A stretch of 63,971 bases of DNA, counting the filler, from Octopus bimaculoides (lineage: Eukaryota): the NCBI RefSeq assembly GCF_001194135.2. It is 6 parts of 6 records of this genome, joined end to end, with 100 filler letters (N's around TTAATTAATTAA, not from the genome) between each part and the next. Parts side by side here need not be neighbours in the genome. Positions count along the whole stretch, not along the records: positions 21,455 to 52,553 come from NC_068992.1; 5 more parts are not named here. One strand, given 5' to 3'. Positions 26,068-38,345 of the stretch are shown one piece after another. The stretch's first letter is position 1, and every line of letters begins with the position of its first letter. The position numbers and the translations under genes are program-made. The notes under the pieces are model-generated. The model had not been told where the DNA came from. It did not search any database and was given only the letters and a program-made list of their open reading frames with translations.

Positions 26068-27250
26068 CCCGAAAAAATATATACACATTGAATGGTTCTA
26101 CTCTGAGTGTTTATTAAAATACATTTTATATTCAAACTTTAATAGAATCTACAGACACCACTTAATATTTTATGAACGTCTGTCTCCAAATGGATGACCG
26201 TTCTAGTCCAGGCACAACTGATAATGCGAAGTAAAAGAATTGCAAAACATCAAGAAACATTTTATCCTGTATTTTTGTTCAATGGCTGCCCTCAATTTGC
26301 TAATTGTTTCCGATTTTGTACTGTAAACTTTATCTTTTAAGTATCTCCATAAAAAATCGTCCAGAGGTAAGGTTCAGTAAATGCGGAGAGTATTCCATAA
26401 AACCTCTTTGTCCAATCCACAGGTTTGGCAAAATCTCATTAAGGCAGGCCTTTACATAACTATCATAGTGTAGCGGTGTACCATCTTGCTAGAAATAAAA
26501 CCCTATATCTTCGAAGTCCACTTGGCATAACAGGTTGTCACAGCAAGTTCAAGTAAATGGGACCAGTTACAATAGAGCTAAAAAAGAATGATCCAATTAA
26601 TCCTTTTGATGATAAGCTGCACCATACTGTAAACTCCTGATAAATAACATGATGTTCTTCTGCAATATGTGGATTCTCAGATCCCCAGTAGGTGCAATTG
26701 TGGAAGTTAATTGGGCAATTTAAAAATAGCCTCGTCACTCCAAACAATCTTCGTTCTTGTGCATCTTCTATACATCTTGTCAAGTACTCTTCGGTCTGGA
26801 TCATCTTCATTGAGAGTACAAACTATATTTGGAATGTAACTTTTCCGTTGACAGCATTTCAAAATTCAAGGGACGTTTGATTTTGAAATTCCAATCTCAC
26901 GCCTTGCTTGCTGAAAATTTTCTTGAATTCTGACAATATGTTTCTAGTATCCTTTCTTGTTTTGATGTGCTGGTCAATATCTGCAGTCTTCTGAAACATT
27001 TCTTGTGGACAGTCTGAACAGTTTCATCTGCTTCAAACTTGATTCAAGTGATGGCAAGTCGCATAGATGGATTAATTTGAAACTTCCTCCTAAACTGTCA
27101 GTGGACTCTGTGTTTTCAAACTTCAAATAGTAATTTAGGATAAATTTCTTTTGTGGCTCCCTTCATTATTTCTAATGGGTTAAATCTAAAAAGAAATGGA
27201 AATTAATTGAGTTATCACTTGTTAAAGTGTGGGTACATTTTTTTTGAAAC
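26062..27250 (-). mobile_element. Near full-length degenerate Tc1/mariner element, DD41D (rosa/Visitor)-like
   Basis: Minus-strand remnants: NFHNCTYWGSENPH..EEHH...FTVWC.LSSKGLIG.FFF, QDGTPLHY...LNEILPNLWIGQRG, then after a 1-nt frameshift PLDDFLWRYLKDKVYSTK. I count 41 residues between the QDG and PLD aspartates. Degenerate TIR-like ends at about 26062-26088 and 27223-27250. Confidence 0.75.
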
Positions 27251-28879
27251 ATCTTCAAAATTATACAAAAATAATCAATTGAAATATTTCAGTAGGCTAT
27301 TTGAAAAATATAACCATGACAATATTAAATAATAATTACAAAAGTGAAATGATAATCAAATGTTTTTATTTCTTTAATATATGTACCAATGTATATTAAA
27401 AGGTAAAAACTGGACAAATATGTTTTAATGAAAGTGTTGGGAGAGAAAAAAAAAAGAAATAAAAAATATGAATGAAAAAAACGTATTTTTATGAAATGGA
27501 CTCAGAATGTTATTTCAATAAAATAATAATTTTGTAACAAGTTTTTTTTAACTGTTCGTTTGTTTGTTTATTGTTTGCTACATAAAGCTACTTTGTCAAG
27601 TTTTATCAGACAACTTTCATTAATGGTGTGTTACGAACAATATACCTGGTTGAATGATATTTTTATGGTTTAGAGAACACACACACTCTCTCTCTCTCTC
27701 TCTCTCTTTCTTTCTCTCTCTGTTAACATAATCTACTTTGAAACAAGTAAGATCAGCTTTCCATAATATTCCATTCTGAATTAACAGCTCTAGTAATTTT
27801 TGTAGCAATTTCTAATTATTTTTTATTTTTTAATTAAATGCAACAGAAATAAAGTAAATGTAACATACCCACTCATTTACAACCTACCACCAGCCATAAC
27901 ATATTCCAAGATATAACAGCTTTATATATTACTTTAAAATAAAACTCACATATAAACTCGGTCGTTCTCAAGAACTTTTGCATTCTTTGATATAAGACTC
28001 ATTTACACACAAACATCCACAACTTGAATGAGATGGGACTAAAATAAACAATTTTAAATCATCAGCATAGGTTCCATTAAAGGAAAATTAAGAAGCATCA
28101 CTTTTTGGAAATGTTACCAAACCATTAACGTTAGGAACTCAATATAAACTGAAATAACAAGATACATCTCTGCTCAGTTAAATCTGTAGTCCTTTTACTG
28201 GTTTCAGTCATTGGACTGCAGCCACACTGCAGGTTTGCTGGTTTAGTTGATTATATCAACTTATGTTATAGATTTCTATAACCTTTATATATTTATAAAG
28301 AAACTTCTGATCTGGTTATCTTGTTACTCCAAAATTATGAAAGAACTCGATGTTGGCAATCAAGTAATTTGTAAACAGGTTTATTAATGTCTCCTACAAC
28401 TCTGATGAGGCTAAGTGAAAATTTGCTTTGCTGAAGAAACAGTATAAAACAATAGGCTGTAAAGAAATGAATAAACTCAGATACATGTGTCAAGGCACAA
28501 AAGGGGCATTTATTGCCAATAATGCTATCCATCCTGCTGAGTATAACCAAGATAAGTTAATGATTTTATACACCCACCAACTTTTAATCTATTCATCCTG
28601 ACAAGAAAATGGAATGTATATATATTCTCAACAACATTGATAAAGTGGCAGGCTCAGCTCAATGGGAACTTTTACTCTGTGCCACTTGCCAAAATAAACA
28701 TGAAATACTTAAAACATAGAATATAAATATGTAATATATTGATCAACTTTATCAAAAGACAATTGAAAGTGGAATGAAGCAAAGAAATGTAAATGTATTT
28801 ACAGAGTATAAAAAAATGGGTGGGAGTCAAATTGCAAATATTTTTACATGAACATGTGTATGTACATATATATATAGAA

Positions 28880-28881
<2 letters not shown>

Positions 28882-28937
<56 letters not shown>
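28882..28937. repeat. (TG)n microsatellite abutting a gap; representative of many (TA)n, (CA)n, (CT)n, (TACA)n and (AAT)n tracts
   Basis: Similar tracts at about 25977-26063, 36942-36998, 40545-40576, 40900-41030, 41745-41772, 52515-52553, 59281-59317, 59851-59906 and 61720-61800. Most N gaps start or end in such tracts. Confidence 0.95.
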
Positions 28938-31024
28938 NNNNNNNNNNNNNNNNNNNNNNNNNNNNNNNNNNNNNNNNNNNNNNNNNNNNNNNNNNNNNNN
29001 NNNNNNNNNNNNNNNNNNNNNNNNNNNNNNNNNNNNNNNNNNNNNNNNNNNNNNNNNNNNNNNNNNNNNNNNNNNNNNNNNNNNNNNNNNNNNNNNNNNN
29101 NNNNNNNNNNNNNNNNNNNNNNNNNNNNNNNNNNNNNNNNNNNNNNNNNNNNNNNNNNNNNNNNNNNNNNNNNNNNNNNNNNNNNNNNNNNNNNNNNNNN
29201 NNNNNNNNNNNNNNNNNNNNNNNNNNNNNNNNNNNNNNNNNNNNNNNNNNNNNNNNNNNNNNNNNNNNNNNNNNNNNNNNNNNNCCACCACTGACTGACA
29301 CCCAGTGTTGGTATGTTTACATCCCCCTAACTCAGAAACCAATTGAATAAGTGCCCGGTTTTAAAAAACAGAAAACAATACTGGGGGTCAATTTGTTCAA
29401 CTAAAAATTCTTCAAGGCAGTACCCCAGAATGGCCACAGTCTAATTACTGAAGCAAGTAAAAAGATTAAAAAAAAAAACAGAAAATAAATAAATTTGCAA
29501 ACAGCAGCTTAAAACAAAATATTTTCAGATTCAATAATAATATAAATAGTGTTGATCTGTTTCTTTCAAATAACCACCAATACCAGCCTGCTATTACATG
29601 TGATCAGAAAAACAGTTCAAAGGCTTATATGCAGAAATTTAAGATAAGGAAAAAAGTGATTTAATTTATGTTATGCAAGTTGCTTTAAATGGACGTTTTT
29701 TTTTTATTTTATCAGGAGGAAAAAAGTCACCACATGGCCACAAAATTGACTAGAGTTAACAGTCAAATTTCCCTCAAACAACACCTTCACATCATAAAAA
29801 ATGGGGCACATTACTAAATGATAGAGTCCAGTGTACAGTATTCATACAAATAAGAGATGGTAGAGTTTAAATGCTTTTGGTCATTGGTCTGCTCTATCAA
29901 CCCCAGCTGGCAACTCAACAACATCTTATATAACCTTTAGGCTCAAAGGCGATGTTGGAGTGAGCTTTCTTCTAGCTTCATTAAATACCATCAGAAAAAG
30001 CAATTCAATGAAATGAGAGCCACATATTGAGTACTACAACTAAAATTTCAAAGAAAATTACGTATTTTAAATTACTACATGTGAAATTACTACATGTGAA
30101 AGGGGAAAAAACCCTAAGCACATGGCTAAGCTTTACAGGACACAGTTAAGAAGTTTGCTTTGCAATCATGAGGTTTAAGGTTCAATCTTAGCACTGGGCA
30201 GTGGGAATGGAGCAACTTTTACCATATTCTCACATCAACACAAACTTTTGAGTGAAATTGAGTTGATGGAAACTGTGAGGAAGCCTGTTAGATTGTGTAT
30301 GTAATTTAAAGATCCAGCTTAATCACAATTACCTCATTAAGTCTACCTTAACAGTAAATACCAATTCAACAGATAGGTAGTTCATTTGATCAAATAAACG
30401 AAATAACCATTGGCAATAACCAATGAAGATCTATTATATTGCATATAGTTCACTGAAAAAGTCAGAATAAGACCAAAACATGTCCTGAATTATCTTATAT
30501 ATGCCAGAGAAAAGAATAATCATTTTCTTTTCTCACCCCATATTTAAACTGAATTAACTCTAAGATTTCGTATATTAAATGTTTTAACTAACCTATCTAT
30601 CAGTATTATACATTTATGCTATACTAATAACTGCTAGTAACTAAGTAGCTAAGGCATAAGCCCAACAATTTTGGAGGGTGAAGGTTAGTCACTACCAACA
30701 ACCCAGCACTTAACTAGTGTTGTATTTTATTGACCCTGGAGGGATGAAAGGCGAAGTTAACCTCAGCAGGATTTGAACTCTGAATGCAAAGAACCACAAC
30801 AATACTGCAAGCATTTTTTCCAATGCTCTAACAATTCTGCCAGCTCACCACCTTAATGTTGCAGAAGGATACATATAGTCCCCTTATTATTTATATATTA
30901 GGAGAGGGTTTGATAGATTAAAACAACCCCAGAATATATAATGCAAACTTCAAACAGATAAAAGATCAAGTCATGGCAGGAACTGAATACAAGCAACTGA
31001 AGATTGACAACATATGGTTTAGAC

Positions 31025-31264
31025 CAGGGGTTTTCAAACTGTGGTCCCTGGACCACAGGGGGTCCGCAAGGACAAAACAGGGGGTCTGTGGACAGCAAAT
31101 ACATTTTATGGGCAATTTGATTTTATATATGTTTTTTTAATCGAAATCTTTTAATTGACAATAAACCTATTTGTTAAATACTGTTAAATAAATAAATGTA
31201 AAAATATGTTATTTTAAGCAAATATTTATGTATAAATTTCATAAGCGTTTATAAGGGGGTCCCT
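31025..31264. mobile_element. hAT (Charlie-like) MITE, right end in a gap
   Basis: Starts CAGGGGTTTTCAAACTGTGGTCC after GTTTAGAC, a Charlie-type target. Confidence 0.7.
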
Positions 31265-31522
31265 NNNNNNNNNNNNNNNNNNNNNNNNNNNNNNNNNNNN
31301 NNNNNNNNNNNNNNNNNNNNNNNNNNNNNNNNNNNNNNNNNNNNNNNNNNNNNNNNNNNNNNNNNNNNNNNNNNNNNNNNNNNNNNNNNNNNNNNNNNNN
31401 NNNNGGATTTCAGAAATTTACTTTCATTTTTTTTTCTCTTTTTCATCACCGAGGTGTTTGAGACGTAAAAGATTTTACATAAAACTAGGATAAAAACTAA
31501 AGAGTTTTAATTTAAATATGAA

Positions 31523-31835
31523 GGTGTGGCTGTGTGGTAAGAAGTTCGCTTCCTAACCACATGGTTCCAGGTTCAATCCTACTACATGGCACCTAGGGAA
31601 CATGTTTTCTACAATAGTTTCAGGCCAGCCAAAGCCTTGAATGGATTTGGGAGATGGAAACTGAAAGAAGCCCCCCCCCCCAACACTGCTTGACAACCAG
31701 TGCTGGCATTTTTACATCCCCATAACTTAAGTAGCAGGTTTTAAAAAAAGTACTGGCGTCAATTCACTCAACTAAAACTCTTTAAGGCAGTGCCCCAGCA
31801 TGGCCAGTCTAATGACTGAAACAAGTCAGAGATAA
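31523..31835 (+). mobile_element. SINE family A, older copy
   Basis: Same head and body as 9513. Further copies or fragments at about 4690-4830, 22775-22910 (-), 29285-29465, 34195-34545, 35093-35280 and 36760-36910. Confidence 0.8.
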
Positions 31836-34800
31836 ATTTATAAATGCGCACTTTTAAATCCAAGAACAGGCAATATTCTCAGTCAGATTGTTGATATTGA
31901 AACAGTTAAACTGAGAATCAAACCCAGTTTCTGCCCCGTTTACAAGGAGCTTATCTTTTGATCTATAGTATGTATGACTATGTATGTATGTATGTATGTA
32001 TGTATGTATGTATAAATATATGCCTGTATGCACATAGATCTTTCATTGGGACTGAAATTGTAAGTTTGTCTTGCAACTCAAGCCACTGCTGTCTTCAAGC
32101 AAAACTGTTACAACTTGGTTTTTCTGATGGTGTATCTAGGTATATATGTATGTATGTATATCCATTGGTATGTGTGTCTATGGTTCTAGAACAAAGCCTC
32201 TGTAAGTCATCAGATGCAAGTACTAGACCATGCACACAAACCAATTGATATATACATACACCACCAGTACCAAGTTGTAATAGTTTTATCTAATGATCTC
32301 AGTGGTGTGAAACTCAAGTTGCAAGAAAAACTCTCAGTTCCAGTTTCAATAAAAAAAAAAAAAAAACATATCCTCTGCGACAGGTATTGAGCACTCCTCT
32401 CATGTATTCAACATAAACAACACATACACACATATATATTGTATTGATGGGGTGCAGCCTATTGAATAAACTCCAGTATTATAAAGGTACTGATATTAAC
32501 TACAATGTTTGCATAAATAACAAGAGCTCCATTGCAGGAATTTGTATTAAAAAATCAAAGGCACGAAATGAATTACTCTGTTGCTCTACCATTTTTACCA
32601 TCTTACTGCTTTGGATAATATTGTTATTTAAAAGAAATGAAGGTGAATGTATACTTGAAATATTTTTATAATTTTCAAAGTTATTTCTAATTTAATTATA
32701 TTCATAATAATCAAATTTTAAACGAGTAGAGAAATTGAAGTTGCTGCCTTTTTTGTAATGTAATAGCTTCTTAAAATTAATGCATCACTTCAGGAAAAAG
32801 TAAAAAAAAAAAAAAATCTTTTTAAAAGAGGGAAAAATTTTAAACATTTTTCTCAAATATTCACATTATGCAAAAAGAAGGAAAGAAGGAAGGAAGGAAG
32901 GAAGGAAGGAAATGATTTTAAAATAAATCAATGTAGGTATTTTTCAGGCCAGAATAAAGAAAAAAAATTATTCTAACTTTTTAGCATTTAAACTGGTCAT
33001 ATCCAATCAAAATATTCTGTTTCATGTTCGAACAGGCCAGACCCAGCCTCACACACCTACCCTACAATATCACTCTAAAAATAAACAATCACACCATTGA
33101 AATCTTGAAGTTACAAGATAAAGATTACATTTGACAGAGTAACCTGAATGCTAAAGAGTTAAACCACTTTTGATATAGCAATTAATAATTCATGACGTCT
33201 AAATATATATTAAAAGGAATAATTTCAAAACACTGATTATATAACAATTCTTTGGTCGAGATGAAATGTTCCAAGTTGATTGTTAATGAAGACAAGTAAA
33301 GTGAAATATGTCTGTACAGCTGCCAAAAAGTGGACTTAGATATTTATAATCATCACTCTTATTTATTTCTGTCAATATTTATTTACCTTTCTCATTAATA
33401 AAAAAAAAAATTTAATTACAAAATACAGCTTATTTTACAATTAGAAATAATTAATGTTATGAAGTTAAAACAAAAAATTCACTAAATACAATTGTTGTTT
33501 TTTTAATTATTCACTTTCCAAAAGTACCATATTTTCAACTCATTAAGCCTCAAATTTTGACACTCTATCAACAACCTAGAGCCTAACAGGGTTTACAAAA
33601 TACTGGCTAAATGTCTGGGACATTTATATTTTCCATGGAAAAAAGGGCACCTTATAAGCAGTCAAACATGGTAACTGTTATAAGAATAATAATAATAATA
33701 ATAACAACGAGCATGTTGATAGTGCTCAGGTGCACCAAAACTTACTTGCTTTGATTTTTTTTTTTTTGTTTCTTGTTTTTAATAAACAGTTTTTCAGGTA
33801 TTTTACAACCGTTGAGCTCACATTTCTCAAGAAATGAAAATATTGCAATATACAACTTCTCATGTAGAATATCCCAATTGGAGTTTATATCGGTGACATA
33901 GCATGTGGTGAAATATGTGTAATAAAATTAATTGTACCCAACTATACAAAAATCTGATACCATACTGTGTTCATGACACATCTTTGAGTTAGAAAACCTA
34001 CACAAAAAGAAATGTCTTACAATTTCAAAACAAAAAGATTGTTTTTAATGTATGGAAAAGAAATAGTAAATTATGAGAGTAAAAAAGAGACAGCTTTAAT
34101 GAAGAACTCTATGCATGCATGCATATATATATATACATATATATATATTATATCACTTACAAAACTTACATTTTTATAACAAAAAGATATATATGCGTTC
34201 TGTGGTAAGAACTTTGTTTCCCAACCACATGGTTTCAGGTTCAGTCCCACTGCGTGGCACCTTGGGCAAGTGTGTTCTACTATAGCCCAAGGCTGACCAA
34301 AGCCTTTGGAATGGATTCGGTAGACAGAAACTGGAAGAAGCCCATAATATGCATGTGTTTGTGTGCCCCCCACCACCACCACTGCTTGACAACTGGTGTT
34401 GCTTTGTTTATGTCCCTGTAACTCAGCAGTTCACCAAAACAGAGTGACAGACTAAGTACCAGGCTTATAAAAAATAAAAATAAGTATTGGGATTGATTCA
34501 CTCAACTAAAAATTCTTAAAGGTGAGGCCCCAGCATGAAACAAATAACAGATATAAGACACAATAAATACATTTTAAAATTCTTAAAGGTGAGGCCCCAG
34601 CATGAAACAAATAACAGATATAAGACACAATAAATACATTTTAAAACTCATGCAAATTTATCGATACTACCAACATTATTATTACAAAGTTCTTGTATAT
34701 TCACAATGTATTTTTACATATAATAATTATTATCATTATTATTATTATTATTACTACTATAATTGTAGCTTTAGAATTCTGAAGTGATGGGACAAAATAA

Positions 34801-35476
34801 ATACATTGAAAGTTTCCAAAAATCAGCAATAAATAGACATTTATATGATCAAATATTATTGATATCATATGAAAACAGTCTTTCAACATGAAAATGCTAT
34901 TTGTTTGGTTATTCAAATAAGATTTTGATGAAATATAATTAAATTTCAGTATTCAGGAGAAAATATAACAGAACCACAGTTACTATAGAAACAGAGGCTG
35001 GGTGGGGAGGTTTCCATTGCTCTAGACCTGGTCAGAATATTATTTCTTTCATTTAGGTTTTTAAATGTGAGATTATCAAATACATTCAACAAGAAATGGC
35101 TGTGTGGTAAGAAGCTTGCTTCCTACCCACATGATTCAGGGTTCAGTCCCACTGCATGGCACCTTCCTTGAGCAAGCGTCTTCTACTATAGCCTCAAGTA
35201 TATTTGGTAGTCTTCTACTATAGCCTTGCAAGTATATTTGGTAGGCGGAAACTGAAAGAAGCCCGTCATATATATATATATTGCTGCTTATTATGCAAAA
35301 GTGTCGTAAGTCCAAAACGTTGCTTTTTCAGAAAACAAAACTAGTTTCATCATTCCATTTCTTTTTACATTAGCAACAGTTTCAGCTCAACAATAATACT
35401 TTGTTGGGTGCAAGAAATCATAACTCCATGCATGTATGATATTTCCAGTCAGAATAATTTTTGCAAAACTGTCATA

Positions 35477-35900
35477 GGCACGGGAGTGGCTGTGTGGTAA
35501 GTAGCTTGCTTACCAACCACATGGTTCTGGGTTCAGTCCCACTGCGTGGCACCTTGGGCAAGTGTCTTCTACTATAGCTTCAGGCCAACCAAAGCCTTGC
35601 AAGTATATTTGGTAGGCAGAAACTGAAAGAAGCCCGTCGTATATATATATATATATATATATAATGTATGTATGTGTATATGTTTGTGTGTCTGTGTTTG
35701 TCCCCCCAACATCGCTTGACAACCGATGCTGGTGTGTTTACATCCCCGTAACTTAGCGGTTCAGCAAAAGAGACCGATACAATAAGTACTAGGCTTCCAA
35801 AGAATAAATCCTGGGGTCGATGAGCTCGACTAAAGGCGATGCTCCAGCATGGCCACAGTCAAATGACTGAAACAAGTAAAAGAGTAAAAGAGAAAGAGTA
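35477..35900 (+). mobile_element. SINE family A, complete young copy
   Basis: Colinear with 9513-9916; (AAAGAGT)n-like tail. Confidence 0.9.
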
Positions 35901-36110
35901 TATGAGGGACTTACTACACTTTTGAAAAATGCTAAACCGTTGTACTACACTTTGACAATTTTCGTCTGAAACAGCTGGAGATACGATAGTTTGACCAAAA
36001 GAACCGACTATTGCAAGCAAAATTAAATATTAAAAAAAACACATTTGGCCAAATATGGACATATGACAGTTTAACATAACAGCAACAATATGTGTATTTA
36101 TGTGTGCATC

Positions 36111-36318
36111 CAAAAGTAGGTTTACAGTTATCACGTAGGCACTTTAAATTTCTTTTAAAACATTTTATTGCATTTAAATTTCTATCTTACAAACTTGAAA
36201 AGGGAGCTTGACAAAATTAGCACAAGATAATGGTTTCGTATTTTCTTTATAATCAAGATCTAAACTGTTAATATATGAATGCGAAAGAGATAGTTGAATA
36301 ACTGTAAACCTACTTTTG
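36111..36318. mobile_element. Tc1/mariner-type MITE with perfect 21-bp inverted repeat
   Basis: CAAAAGTAGGTTTACAGTTAT (36111-36131) and ATAACTGTAAACCTACTTTTG (36298-36318). The right side continues AGTCACCTTGTA, a TACARGGTG-type end. Confidence 0.75.
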
Positions 36319-36465
36319 AGTCACCTTGTATATAAGGGATCAAATCTTTTGTAAAGATTAATCTAGTATTACTATGTCCTAAGACACAGCTTGTTGAGTT
36401 GGGTAGAAGCTTTATAATAGTGGGAATTGAAACAATGTTAATTCAAACAAAATACAAGTGAATAT

Positions 36466-36680
36466 TCTTTTCTACTCTAGGCACAAGGCCCAAAATTTTG
36501 GGGGAGGGGAGCTAGTCAATTAGATTGATCCCCAGTATGCAACTGGTACTTAATTTATCAACCCAGAAAGGATGAAAGGCAAAGTCAACCTCAGCGGAAT
36601 TTGAACTCAGAACCTAGACAGACGAAATACTGCTAAGCATTTCGCTCGGTGTGCTAATTTTCTGCCAGCTCACTGCCTTA
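36466..36680 (-). mobile_element. SINE family B, single copy with 17-bp target-site duplication
   Basis: AAAATACAAGTGAATAT at 36449-36465 and 36681-36697 flanks the element. Confidence 0.9.
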
Positions 36681-36939
36681 AAAATACAAGTGAATATACA
36701 ATACGAATGAAATAATTTTGACTCATTCAACAGCTTCCAACTAGGTGGACACATTGTGGAGGCACAGGCATGACTGTGTGGTTAAGAAGTATACTTCACA
36801 ACCATATGGTCTCAGGTTCAGTCCAACAGCAAGAACTTTTGAACAAAGATCTTCTACTTTAGCACTGTCCCTACCAATACCTTATAAGTGAATCTGATAA
36901 GCAGAACCTGCAGAAAGCTTATTGTATATGGACAAGCAT

Positions 36940-37003
<64 letters not shown>

Positions 37004-37326
37004 CTTTTTTCTTTCAAAGATTTAGGGGATAAAAAAAAATTCCAGCTTGGAAAAATTAAGGGTTCGTGACAAAAAGGGTATCTGACCCACAAATTCTGAA
37101 ACAAATGTGTTCCCAGTCCAACACTGACATAACAGAAGAAATTCAGAATAAGTAAGTGACAAGAGAGGAAAATGAAATAGCAGAACTCACAGCTACCAAG
37201 CCACCATCTAATGACTGGAACACATAAAAGAAAATAATGAATTATATCAAAATGCTTTCTCTGAGTTTTTGAGTCAATAATTTTTGACTCGATGAAAGTC
37301 AATAAAGAATCTTATATTTATATGTA

Positions 37327-37823
37327 TACTAGCTGAAAAGCCGCTCTCCATGAGGACTTTTGAGCTAGCTCCTGGAGGGTTAATTGGGCCGGCAGCCCAA
37401 AACTAAAGGAAGCTAATAGCATGACTATATGCTCAAGGACGGATGAGAATTAATTCTGTGATGCAGTCATTCTATTGTTTCAGTCCCAAGTTGAATTTAC
37501 ACTGTTGACCAATTTGTCCCAAAGTTCTTATCTTGACATAAAATTAACAACGTGAATGTCATTTATCTCCCCCTTGATCTCTGATGTCATCTGACAAATG
37601 CCAACCAAGATGGCATGAATCAGCCAAGCTTTACCTGTGGAAAATAACATCCCAAATGCTTTTAAATCAGATACCAATGCTGGATGTTCAAGAACCAAAT
37701 GAAGGGCAGATTTTCAATCCCAGGATCATCCAAATTCCAAAAGGAATATGTCTATGTAGAGCAAATGTAGACTGAGATACAAGGGTCCTGGACAGACAGA
37801 ATTTCACATTTATTATTATAGAT
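37327..37823 (+). mobile_element. Helentron-associated (HINE/DINE-like) non-autonomous element
   Basis: Begins TACTAGCTG...CCG and ends GGACAGACAGAATTTCACATTTATTATTATAGAT, the end pattern I associate with these elements. No TSD seen. Confidence 0.55.
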
Positions 37824-37825
37824 AT

Positions 37826-38345
37826 CTTTTATTTGTTACTTGTTTCAGTCATTGGACTGCAACCATGCTATGGCACTCCCTTGAAGGGTTTAGTCCAGTG
37901 GTTCTCAACCTGGGGTCTGTAGACCCCTGGTGATCCATGAAGGTAGTACTGGGAGTCCATGAACAGAACTCAAAATTCGATGTATATATATATACACACA
38001 CATAAGGATAAGTATATTAAAAGGGGTTCATGAAAAAACTCATTTAAATAAAAGGGTTGAGAACCATTGTTGGGAACCACTGGTTTGGTCAAACAAATTA
38101 ACCCCAGTACTAATTTTTTAAGCCTGATACTTATTCTATCAGTCTCTTGAGAACCAACACTCGTTCTCAAATAGTGATGAGGGACACACGCACACACACA
38201 CACACCAAACATCTATACAATGAGATTCTTTCAGTTTCTGTCTACCAATGTTACTGACAAGGCTTTAATTGGCCCAGGGCTATAGCAGATGCACTTGCCC
38301 AAGATGCCATGCAGTAGGGCTAAACCCAGAAGAACCATGTAGTTG
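37826..38345 (-). mobile_element. SINE family A, old copy interrupted by a hAT MITE
   Basis: Family A 3' end at 37826-37895 continues at 38083-38345. Confidence 0.8.
37896..38082. mobile_element. hAT (Charlie-like) MITE with 8-bp TSD and doubled right end
   Basis: Left TIR CAGTGGTTCTCAACC; right ends GGTTGAGAACCATTG (38055-38069) and TTGGGAACCACTG (38070-38082). TSD GTTTAGTC / GTTTGGTC. Confidence 0.85.
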
